Program-made: the position numbers and the translations under genes
IMG/VR virus record: IMGVR_UViG_3300048850_000153
Span: 1-41,470 of that record
Source of the DNA: a virus
Lineage: Duplodnaviria > Caudoviricetes
Direction: 5' to 3' (one strand)
DNA length: 41,470 nt
The notes under the pieces: model-generated
The model's database searches: none
What the model was told of the DNA's origin: nothing
Seen by the model: the letters and a program-made list of their open reading frames with translations, nothing else
In this document: one piece after another, positions 34,291 to 41,470 of the stretch
How positions within the stretch are numbered: the first letter of the stretch is position 1
Layout of the letters: each line of letters begins with the position of its first letter

Positions 34291-34392
34291 GACGACGAGG
34301 CAGTAGGCGCTACGGCACGCCTGGATGCCGCCAGAACAGCCTCGCCAAACTTATAGTTGCGCCTACCGTGTATAAATCATAGTCGAGATAAT

Positions 34393-35124
34393 GTGCAGAT
34401 AATCGAGATATTGGATCGCTCAACGCAAGGCGTAACCAAGCCATTTATTTGCCGCGGAGAAGACGGGAATATTTATTTCGTCAAAGGCAAAGACGCTGGC
34501 AAGCGTAGTCTAATCTGTGAATGGGTAGCCAGTTCGCTGGGCGCCAAAATGGGACTGCCCGTACCGCCTCATCGGATTGTCGAAGTGCCCAGCGCTTTGA
34601 TCGATCTGGGCTCCCGCCCTGACCTTGCGGAGCTGGGGAGTGGCCCGGCGTTCGGATCGCAACGACAGCAGCTCGTTGAGCTATCGTTGAGTCACATGGA
34701 CAACGTGCCGACGGCACTGCAGCGCAAAGTTCTCGCGTTCGACTGGTGGATTCGAAACGGCGACCGGACGTTGAGCCTCAACGGTGGAAACCCGAACCTT
34801 TTCTGGAACGTTGAGCAGGCTCAACTTGTCGTCCTAGACCACAACTTGGCGTTCGATGACTCGTTCAGTTCGGCCGATTTTTTGGCGCTCCATGCGTTCC
34901 GCTCGCAGAGCCGTAACCTCTTCGGAGACTGGGTCTTCCAGCAGGAGCTCTGCGGCATCTGCCTACGCGCCATGGAGGACTGGGATGCAATCTGCGGCGC
35001 CATTCCTCAAGAGTGGACTTTCGTTGACCCTGAGCGAACAATCCCTGTAAACTTCGAATTCGACGCACTGCGAGCACGTCTCCTAGACTGTGAAAATGAT
35101 GCGTTCTGGAACCCTAAATTATGA
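34393..35124 (+). CDS. HipA-like (HipA_2-type) Ser/Thr kinase
   Basis: G.TKP...YFVK, ICEW, FDWWIRNGDR, NPNL and LDHNLAF motifs. GTG start at 34393. Confidence 0.88.
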   Translation: MQIIEILDRSTQGVTKPFICRGEDGNIYFVKGKDAGKRSLICEWVASSLGAKMGLPVPPHRIVEVPSALIDLGSRPDLAELGSGPAFGSQRQQLVELSLSHMDNVPTALQRKVLAFDWWIRNGDRTLSLNGGNPNLFWNVEQAQLVVLDHNLAFDDSFSSADFLALHAFRSQSRNLFGDWVFQQELCGICLRAMEDWDAICGAIPQEWTFVDPERTIPVNFEFDALRARLLDCENDAFWNPKL

Positions 35125-35963
35125 CTAACGCCTGCCTATACGCGATTGTTCGCTTCTGCCCCTATGTGGAGACAGAAGAGTTCGCTAACGCGGGTATCGT
35201 CATGATCTCGCCACAGACCGGTTTCTTCTCATACAAGCTCATGGGCCGAAAGCATGCTCGCGTCACGAGCTTCTTCGAGGATGTTGAGGGCGCACTGTTC
35301 CGCACCGCCCTTAGCAATCTCAAGGATGAACTGGAGCGAATCAAGGACCAGCTGCTTATGACGGGCTGGCCTCGAGGAACTTATTCTGATGACTTGTCGA
35401 TCGCAAAACAAGTCTTCGGAGAACTTACTCGTCCGCGAGAAACCATCATAAAATTTGGTAGCATCAGAGGTGTATTAGCCGAGAAACCGAAGGCTAAACT
35501 CGAGGAACTGTATGGCTATTACGTCGAACGGGATTTCGTAACTAAGCAGTATCGAGAATCTGTGCTGGAAAAGGAAATGCGCGCCTGGATAAGCAGGGCA
35601 GGCATTGGTAGTCGCTTCGAAAAAAAGGAAGTGGGCACTGAGGATTATCACGCCACCTTCCCGTTCGTAGAGGGCGCGCCATTTGCGGCGCTGAAAGCGA
35701 TTAAGCCGCTGTATCTCGGCCATGATCAGCCCAGCAAGATTTTGGATCACGGAGGCCAATGGCTGTTCCGAGTCCAGACCTTGAAGAGAAAAGGCCTGAT
35801 GCCCAAGCTTGTATTGTTCGCCGCGGAAGGGCCGCAGGATGATGGGGCAAAGAATGATGCATATAGAGAGATCACCGAGACCCTGCAGCATGAGGGCGCT
35901 ATCGTGCTTGATTTTAAGCAGCAAGATGCGATCCTCGAGTACATGAAGTCGCCAGTGCATTAG
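35121..35963 (+). CDS. DUF3037-family protein, partner of the HipA-like kinase
   Basis: YAIVRFCP..ETEEFANAGIV N-terminal motif, ATGA-coupled to the kinase, lower GC. Confidence 0.85.
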   Translation: MTNACLYAIVRFCPYVETEEFANAGIVMISPQTGFFSYKLMGRKHARVTSFFEDVEGALFRTALSNLKDELERIKDQLLMTGWPRGTYSDDLSIAKQVFGELTRPRETIIKFGSIRGVLAEKPKAKLEELYGYYVERDFVTKQYRESVLEKEMRAWISRAGIGSRFEKKEVGTEDYHATFPFVEGAPFAALKAIKPLYLGHDQPSKILDHGGQWLFRVQTLKRKGLMPKLVLFAAEGPQDDGAKNDAYREITETLQHEGAIVLDFKQQDAILEYMKSPVH

Positions 35964-36053
35964 CGCCTCCCTGCTCTGCTTCGGCATCGGGCTCAAGTCC
36001 TTCCTCGGAAGGCCTCTACGGATCGGGGATTGCAACCCGCCGTAGTGACATTC

Positions 36054-36115
36054 AGGCCACCTTCGGGTGGCCTTTGCTTTTCCCGCCCTCACCCGCCCAG
36101 CGCGGGTATTTTTTC
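36054..36115 (+). terminator. Tandem intrinsic terminators ending the immunity transcript
   Basis: AGGCCACC-TTCG-GGTGGCCT-TTGCTTTT and ACCCGC...GCGGGT-ATTTTTT. Confidence 0.8.
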
Positions 36116-36169
36116 GCCTGTAGCTGGGCCGAATTGCCGGCTCCCCAGCGGCACCGCAATCCCGGAGAG

Positions 36170-36231
36170 TTAAGTTAACTTAAAATATCTTCTTAAGCAC
36201 ACTTGCGCACGATCTTAAGTTGACTTAAGAT
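36170..36231 (+). promoter_or_regulatory. OL region: three operators and PL
   Basis: Operators at 36170, 36193 and 36215. TTGCGC-17-TAAGAT (36203..36231), a near mirror image of PR. Confidence 0.88.
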
Positions 36232-36279
36232 AGCCCCATCGCAACCGAGCCCAGCAGGGCTCCACGAATGGAGCGCGGC

Positions 36280-36756
36280 ATGACCCAGCAGTACGACCAA
36301 GACTACCTCAAGAAGGCGATCGCCGAAGAACGCGAGATCGCGCGGCTCGACCTGCGCGTGCGCACCACGATGCCCGGCGGCATGGGACTGTCGATCGATT
36401 CGAACGTGTACTTGATGACGGGTGCGCGCGGCAGCGGCAGCGGCATTCGCACCAGCGAGATCCTGCCGAAGTGGCGCCGCCACCCGCGCGCCGCCGGCGC
36501 CCTGGCCATCAAGCACGCGCTGAACATCCTCCATGACCACGAGGAGCATTCGGTCACGGTCGGCTACGGCGCCGGCCGCCGCGGCGTCACCGAGTACTAC
36601 GGTGCGCACCCTGACCGCGAGTTCGCAACCATGGCCGCGATCGTGCGCGCCGCCATCCAGAAGCTGACCGAGGAGCGCGACGAGCGCGCGGCCCTGAACC
36701 CTACCCGCTCGACTTCGAGCCGCCGGCCCGGCGCCCGGGCAAAAAGCAAGGAGTGA
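36280..36756 (+). CDS. First gene of the PL operon, hypothetical
   Basis: GGAG RBS before ATG 36280. Confidence 0.75.
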   Translation: MTQQYDQDYLKKAIAEEREIARLDLRVRTTMPGGMGLSIDSNVYLMTGARGSGSGIRTSEILPKWRRHPRAAGALAIKHALNILHDHEEHSVTVGYGAGRRGVTEYYGAHPDREFATMAAIVRAAIQKLTEERDERAALNPTRSTSSRRPGARAKSKE

Positions 36757-36762
36757 TCTGCC

Positions 36763-36900
36763 ATGTGCTTCCGCATCACCGTCGTAACTGCGCCTGACGC
36801 GCCGCCCTACTCCTACACCGCCATCGGCAATGCCGAGGAGCTGCAAAACGCTGCCTATGACGATGGCGCCCTGGGCGTCAGCGTGATGGTCGAGCGGTAG
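36763..36900 (+). CDS. Small hypothetical protein (45 aa, not in the ORF track)
   Basis: AAGGAG RBS. MCFRITVVTAPDAPPYSYTAIG...GALGVSVMVER fills the gap exactly. Confidence 0.65.
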   Translation: MCFRITVVTAPDAPPYSYTAIGNAEELQNAAYDDGALGVSVMVER

Positions 36901-36909
36901 GAGGCGGCC

Positions 36910-37095
36910 ATGGCAACGAAGAAACGCCGTCGCGCACCGAGCGCCGACTGGCTGGCCATGACGCCAGCCGACCGCCAAGCAGTCCGCCAGAGCCGCGCCA
37001 ACGCGCAGTCGAGTCGCTACCAGCGCGAGAGCGCCATCGAAATGTCGGTTGCCCGCACGAATGGCGCCGCACGCCAGGAGGAATCGAAGAAATGA
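36910..37095 (+). CDS. Small Arg-rich protein
   Basis: GGAGG RBS, basic N-terminus. Confidence 0.7.
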   Translation: MATKKRRRAPSADWLAMTPADRQAVRQSRANAQSSRYQRESAIEMSVARTNGAARQEESKK

Positions 37096-37475
37096 CCACG
37101 ACCACCAGCACGCAACCGCAGGCCGGCGCCGAGCTGCAGCGCCGCGTCGACGACATGCCCTTGCCTGACCGCCAGCTCGATTGGGACGACGGCACGCCGA
37201 TCGAGGGCAACGTGGTGCACCAGTACCACCCTCGCGGCGAGCGGCTCCCGCGCTGGGCGGACATCAAGACGCGCGAGCACCTGCTCGACGTCCAGGCGCA
37301 GCCGGCGCGCTTCGAGGTGCGCACGCTATTCAAGGTCCCCGTCGACGACCTTGCGCGCGGGCCGATTTCGCGGGTTGCAGCTGCTCAGGAGCGGCTCGAC
37401 CGCATCGAGCGTCTGGCTGGCGCCGCGATCGCCAACATGCGCGCCGCGATGGCAGCACTCGGAGAAAAGCCATGA
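37092..37475 (+). CDS. Hypothetical protein
   Basis: ATGA-coupled in the PL operon. Confidence 0.7.
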   Translation: MTTTTSTQPQAGAELQRRVDDMPLPDRQLDWDDGTPIEGNVVHQYHPRGERLPRWADIKTREHLLDVQAQPARFEVRTLFKVPVDDLARGPISRVAAAQERLDRIERLAGAAIANMRAAMAALGEKP

Positions 37476-37573
37476 GCGAACACCAACTGCGCGCCATCAA
37501 GTGGAAGTCGGCTGCCGTGCTGATCGTCTGCGCGGGCTGCACCGCGGCGATCGTGAACGGGTGGCCGCTGTGA
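37472..37573 (+). CDS. Small membrane peptide (33 aa)
   Basis: GGAG RBS, ATGA overlap, one hydrophobic stretch. Confidence 0.55.
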   Translation: MSEHQLRAIKWKSAAVLIVCAGCTAAIVNGWPL

Positions 37574-37698
37574 TGCGCCGGTTCGGCCAGGGCCTGGTCT
37601 TCGTGCTGGCCTTCCTGATCATCGTCGGCGAGGTGCAGCGCAGCGAAGCCGCAGCCGACGAGCGGGCCGCCCGCGCGCTCTATGGGGAACGGAAGTGA
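37573..37698 (+). CDS. Small membrane peptide (41 aa)
   Basis: TGATG coupling, one TM segment. Confidence 0.55.
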   Translation: MRRFGQGLVFVLAFLIIVGEVQRSEAAADERAARALYGERK

Positions 37699-37892
37699 GC
37701 TTCGAAGCCCTGCGCGCCACCTACCAGTGCCCCGAGCGGCTGGCGCGCCACCTGTACGACGGGCTGACCGAAGCGCTCGCCGAGATTGCACGGTTCGAAG
37801 CCGCGCTGTCGCTGGCCGAGGCCCAGCGCGACAAGCTGAAAAACAAACTGGCGCCGGCTACACCGCGCCGCACACATCGAGGAGAGAACTGA
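37695..37892 (+). CDS. Small coiled-coil hypothetical protein
   Basis: GTGA coupling. Confidence 0.6.
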   Translation: MSFEALRATYQCPERLARHLYDGLTEALAEIARFEAALSLAEAQRDKLKNKLAPATPRRTHRGEN

Positions 37893-38461
37893 TGGACCAC
37901 GCAATCACCCGCGCCACCGGCGTCACGCCCAGCACCACGTCGCTGCGGCCCCGCGCCGCGGCGCGCACCTGGGCGATCCTGCTGACCAGCGAGAACCACG
38001 GCACCGTGGGGCCGGTCGGATGTGCCTTCCCCTGGGCCGGCGAGAAGCACGAGCGCGTGCTGGTGGTCGAGGTGCCGGCCCCCGCCGGCGCGCCATCCGA
38101 CCAGGTCACCCTGAAGCTGGTTGCCGCCCCTTCTGCACTTGTAGGCGCAAGCGTCGATACGCAGGAATTGCGCGATATGGCAAATCAATTCCTGGACATG
38201 TCCGAGAAACAGGACCACGACGAGAGCGCGTGCTTTTCCAAGTGGGGCGAGATCATCACCCACATCGACCAGCACGTTGCAAGCCAGGTGCGGGCAGCAA
38301 GGGATGCGGCGATTCCTGATGGCTGGAAGCTGGTGCCGGTTGAGCCGACGAGCGAAATGATCGACGCAGCTCGCGTCCATCAGACCACGTTCAGCGCGAT
38401 CTACGCCGCCATGCTCGCTGCTGCCCCGGCTATCTCCCACAGCGGAGAAGGCGATGGCTAA
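37892..38461 (+). CDS. Ea-region mosaic protein
   Basis: C-terminal IPDGWKLVPVEPTSEM...IYAAMLAAAP module typical of lambdoid early accessory proteins. Confidence 0.75.
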   Translation: MDHAITRATGVTPSTTSLRPRAAARTWAILLTSENHGTVGPVGCAFPWAGEKHERVLVVEVPAPAGAPSDQVTLKLVAAPSALVGASVDTQELRDMANQFLDMSEKQDHDESACFSKWGEIITHIDQHVASQVRAARDAAIPDGWKLVPVEPTSEMIDAARVHQTTFSAIYAAMLAAAPAISHSGEGDG

Positions 38462-38654
38462 GAACTGCCACACCTGCCAGCACCTCGAATGGGTTGATGA
38501 CGATAGCACCGACGGCTGGCCCGGCGATGACGGCTGGATTTGTCCGAAGCGCGATGATGGCGGACAGAACGCAGCCGTCCTGAAGCAACTGAAAAGCGAT
38601 GCATACCGAGCGCGCTACAAGCGCTGCTTCGAACAGAAAGGACCAGCAGCATGA
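38454..38654 (+). CDS. Small Cys-containing hypothetical protein
   Basis: CHTC...C...C pattern, GGAG RBS. Confidence 0.7.
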   Translation: MAKNCHTCQHLEWVDDDSTDGWPGDDGWICPKRDDGGQNAAVLKQLKSDAYRARYKRCFEQKGPAA

Positions 38655-40084
38655 CGAACACCACCACCTCATCCGCCAGCGATAGCGGGCTGAATCTCGA
38701 CCACCTGGAAGCGCTGGCGCGCGCGGCAACGCCGGGGCCGTGGACCTCCACTCACTGGACCTGCCACGCCGCGACAACGGTCATGCGCAGTGGCAGCACC
38801 TTCGCAATCGCCGAGACTTCCGGGTTTGGCCGCGATGCCACCGAGTGCGCAGCGGATGCCGAATTCATCGCCGCCGCCAACCCTGCCGCCATGCTGGAAC
38901 TGATCGCGCTCGCCCGCCGCGCTGCGCCAGTATCAGCGCCTATAGCCGAGACCGATGACGCGTTCATTGAGCAGGCGGTGCATGATGCCAAGGTCTACGG
39001 CGTCATGCCGAACTCGGCCAATACCATCGGCGTGGGTCGCGCAGTCCTTGCGGCTGAACGGAAGCGCGCCGCCCTCGCCAACCAGCCAGCGCCGACAGCC
39101 GCACCGGTCCATCATTGGGACTCCGCGAACCTGCGTAAAGCATGCGACGACGCCGCCAAGGTGTTGCGCGAGACCGACTGGCCGCTGCTCGCCAACCGCC
39201 TAGTGTCGAACGTCGAGGCCGTGCTTGGAAATGGATCGGTGGCGCCGACAGCCGCACCGGAGCAGGTTGCAAGGGCTGCGAGCGTCGGCGCAATTCTGCG
39301 CAATATCCGCGACCGCGTGATGAATGACCAAGGTGTGCCCGTTGACCTGATCGACAAAGCACTGGCCGCCCTGTCGCAGCCATCCGAGGCCGCGCCGCTG
39401 GACGCGCAACGAAAGCGCTTGACCGAGGAAGAGGTGCGCGAGCTGGCGATGAGCCATCTGCACGACGACACCGAGAGCGCTACCCGAAACGGCTTCTTCA
39501 CGTTCAGCGCCGAGGGGCTGGACGGCTTTGCCATCGACCTGATGGACCGCATCAGCGCAGCCGCGCCATCCTTGCCAGCCGCGGAACCATCACCGACAGT
39601 GCAAGCCCTGAATGGCCGGATCACTGGCTCGCATGCGTGCTTCAGCGAAGCGATGCCGCCCGGCAGCCTGACGTCGGTGGGCCATGCGCACGTCTACAAG
39701 GCACTGCAGGCTGCGATTGCGCACTATGTCGCGCATCAACCAGCGCAGGAGCAGGCCGAGCCTGACGCCTATATGGCCGTGCTGGGCGGCCGCGAGCCAA
39801 TCAGCGTGCACTTCCAGCGTGTGAACGCCGAATTGAAGGTCAAGGAATGGGAGGGCGCGGGCGAAGTTGTGCCGCTGTATCGTGCCACACCATCTCAGAC
39901 GGCTCAGCGCGACGCCCGCATCGAAAACGGTGTGCAGTACATCATGGACGCGATCGCGCATTACGCCGAGCACAAGGATGCAAGCACGCTGTCGCGCCTG
40001 CGAACCATGATCGAGGATTCCGAGCGCCGCGCCGTCTCTCCGGTTGTGCGTGCACAGAGTGAAGAGAGCGAGGTGAAATCGTGA
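38651..40084 (+). CDS. Ead/Ea22-like multi-module protein
   Basis: LEALARAATPGPW...DAEFIAAANP..MLELI N-terminal motif, followed by several modules joined by Ala/Pro linkers. Confidence 0.8.
   Translation: MTNTTTSSASDSGLNLDHLEALARAATPGPWTSTHWTCHAATTVMRSGSTFAIAETSGFGRDATECAADAEFIAAANPAAMLELIALARRAAPVSAPIAETDDAFIEQAVHDAKVYGVMPNSANTIGVGRAVLAAERKRAALANQPAPTAAPVHHWDSANLRKACDDAAKVLRETDWPLLANRLVSNVEAVLGNGSVAPTAAPEQVARAASVGAILRNIRDRVMNDQGVPVDLIDKALAALSQPSEAAPLDAQRKRLTEEEVRELAMSHLHDDTESATRNGFFTFSAEGLDGFAIDLMDRISAAAPSLPAAEPSPTVQALNGRITGSHACFSEAMPPGSLTSVGHAHVYKALQAAIAHYVAHQPAQEQAEPDAYMAVLGGREPISVHFQRVNAELKVKEWEGAGEVVPLYRATPSQTAQRDARIENGVQYIMDAIAHYAEHKDASTLSRLRTMIEDSERRAVSPVVRAQSEESEVKS
39089..39260 (+). 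repeat. 19-bp in-frame direct repeat (APTAAP linker)
   Basis: GCGCCGACAGCCGCACCGG at 39089..39107 and 39242..39260, 153 bp apart. Confidence 0.85.
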
Positions 40085-40449
40085 GTGCCGACTTCGACAC
40101 CATCCCGGTGCGCCTGCCGTCCGGCACCAAGGCCTTCGTGCAACTGCCGCGCCCATTCACACTGGAGGATGGCGTGCACCTGATGAACTTCCTGTCCGAG
40201 TACATCGAAGGCGCTGAGTGTGCAGACCCAGCCCCAGTTCAGCAGGCGCATGCAGGAGCGGATGAGGTCGAGCGCCTGATGATCGAGCACCGGATCGCCG
40301 TGCTGCCCGAGTACGAAGGCGGCTTTGAGGCGAAGGTCTACCGCGACCAGGAGCATGTGCTCGCCGACGGCTACGGCAGCACGCCGCGCGCGGCCATCGA
40401 CGCAGCTATCCGTGCCGCTCAGGAAGGAGACGAGCATGAAAACCGCTGA
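40081..40449 (+). CDS. Hypothetical protein
   Basis: GAGG RBS, GTGA overlap. Confidence 0.7.
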   Translation: MSADFDTIPVRLPSGTKAFVQLPRPFTLEDGVHLMNFLSEYIEGAECADPAPVQQAHAGADEVERLMIEHRIAVLPEYEGGFEAKVYRDQEHVLADGYGSTPRAAIDAAIRAAQEGDEHENR

Positions 40450-40849
40450 GCTGACCGGCGCGATGCTGGATTACTGGGTGGCCAGGGCGGAGGGGTGGAC
40501 GCTTGGGCCGCCGCACAGGCTGCACGGATGGGACGTGTGGCGCGATGCCGACGGCGTGGTTGTTGGCACCATCCCGGCGTCCGCCTGGAAGCCATCCACC
40601 GACTGGACGCACGGCGGGCCGATTATTGAGCGGGAGCGGATCAGGTTACAGCCGACCATACCGACCGGCGCGATTTGGTACGCCAGCATCTGGATGGGTA
40701 GCACGCTGGCCGACGGCGTGAGCCACCGCTCCCAGGCTGACGCGCCCTTGGTCGCCGCAATGCGCGCCTACGTCGCCAGCAAGTTCGGCGACGAGGTCCC
40801 GGACGACGCAGCTATCCAGGCTGCTGCTCAAGGAGAGAAGGATGCCTGA
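40436..40849 (+). CDS. NinX / DUF2591-family protein
   Basis: ELTGAMLDYWVARAEG, PSTDW..GGPIIERERI and PLVAAMRAYVASKFGDEV motifs. Confidence 0.85.
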   Translation: MKTAELTGAMLDYWVARAEGWTLGPPHRLHGWDVWRDADGVVVGTIPASAWKPSTDWTHGGPIIERERIRLQPTIPTGAIWYASIWMGSTLADGVSHRSQADAPLVAAMRAYVASKFGDEVPDDAAIQAAAQGEKDA

Positions 40850-41069
40850 CGAGATCCGCCGCATCGGCGCGCAGATGGCGAACGTGATGTACCAGCTGGC
40901 CCAGCGCCCGGGCGATGCGCTGACGCCCGAGGTCGCGGCCGTGATGGACAGCCTGCGGCGCCAGTGGGATGCGGCGGTCAGGGCCGCCAGCGCGGCGCCG
41001 CCCGTCGAACTTCGTGGGCGGCATGTGCACGCGGTGATCGTCGACGAGATCGAAGGAGGCGGCCAATGA
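40842..41069 (+). CDS. Hypothetical protein
   Basis: Overlapping start/stop coupling, GGAG RBS. Confidence 0.65.
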   Translation: MPDEIRRIGAQMANVMYQLAQRPGDALTPEVAAVMDSLRRQWDAAVRAASAAPPVELRGRHVHAVIVDEIEGGGQ

Positions 41070-41248
41070 ACGAGATCACGCACACCGCGCGGCGCGGCCA
41101 CATATGCGCCAGCTGCGGCATGACGATCTGCACCGGCGAGCGGTATATGCGCGCGCCGCTGCCGGGCGGCGGGCTGGTGGCGAAGAAGGCGATGCACAGC
41201 AAGTGCTACACGGCGCTACTGGCCAGCGCCAGCAAGAAACCGAATTAG
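41066..41248 (+). CDS. Small zinc-finger protein
   Basis: AR..H.CASC...I..GERY...HSKC pattern, GGAGG RBS. Confidence 0.7.
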   Translation: MNEITHTARRGHICASCGMTICTGERYMRAPLPGGGLVAKKAMHSKCYTALLASASKKPN

Positions 41249-41266
41249 TATCGAAGGAGAAACACA

Positions 41267-41470
41267 ATGGAACGAGTTAAGCGCTTCCTCCGGCTGCCGG
41301 CGGTGATCGAATTGGTGGGGCTCAAGCGCACCGCGATTTACGAACGAATCAAGGCCGGGACCTTCCCGGCACCGGTGAAATTGGGCCCGCGCGCCTCGGC
41401 CTGGGACGAGCAAGAGTTAGCACAGTGGCAAGATGGCCTTAGCCGAGGCGTCAATAAACAGCTCAGTTAG
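41267..41470 (+). CDS. alpA: AlpA-family excisionase / recombination directionality factor
   Basis: FLRLPAVIELVGLKRTAIYERIKAGTFPAPVKLGPRASAW motif, AAGGAG RBS. Confidence 0.93.
   Translation: MERVKRFLRLPAVIELVGLKRTAIYERIKAGTFPAPVKLGPRASAWDEQELAQWQDGLSRGVNKQLS

Larger units (their letters stand above)
1..41470. mobile_element. Lambdoid siphovirus-type prophage (HK97-like head), essentially complete from int to xis
   Basis: Full ordered set of integration, lysis, tail, head, packaging, replication and CI/Cro modules. Integrase and AlpA excisionase sit at opposite ends, as expected when attP lies between them. Confidence 0.97.

Noticed and set aside
1-41470. attL/attR core repeats
   Set aside because: The window starts inside int and ends at the alpA stop, so the att sites fall outside it.

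Overview
The window is a GC-rich, apparently near-complete lambdoid temperate phage (prophage) with an HK97-type head and a long non-contractile tail. The host is probably a betaproteobacterium such as Massilia/Oxalobacteraceae, which is an inference from gene style and GAAAG-type ribosome-binding sites. It runs from an N-terminally truncated P4-like tyrosine integrase (1..1083) to an AlpA-family excisionase (41267..41470), so the att sites lie just outside the window. In order it contains: integrase; an accessory end with a LexA-boxed solo imuA and an AT-rich PD-(D/E)XK-like moron; a lysis cassette (nested Rz/Rz1, lambda-R-like endolysin, holin); tail genes (unusually small tail-tip set, tape measure with DUF4214-like repeats, G/T -1 frameshift, a membrane moron); head genes with five extra ORFs including a lectin-like protein; portal, terminase, putative cos and HNH; a late-control region (Q-position gene and a PR'-like promoter overlapped by a second LexA-type box); a nin-like region (RusA, DUF1364, PAPS-reductase-like, DNA MTase); replication genes (O-like, DnaC-like); a CII/Cro/CI switch with seven TTAAG-N4-CTTAA operators; a HipA-like kinase plus DUF3037 pair in the rexAB position; and a left early operon. 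The most interesting signals are (i) apparent wiring of the phage into the host LexA regulon at two sites on top of its own cleavable CI, (ii) the kinase/DUF3037 candidate defence pair, and (iii) a possible capsid-displayed adhesin module. All family assignments come from motif recognition and synteny; no database searches were run.
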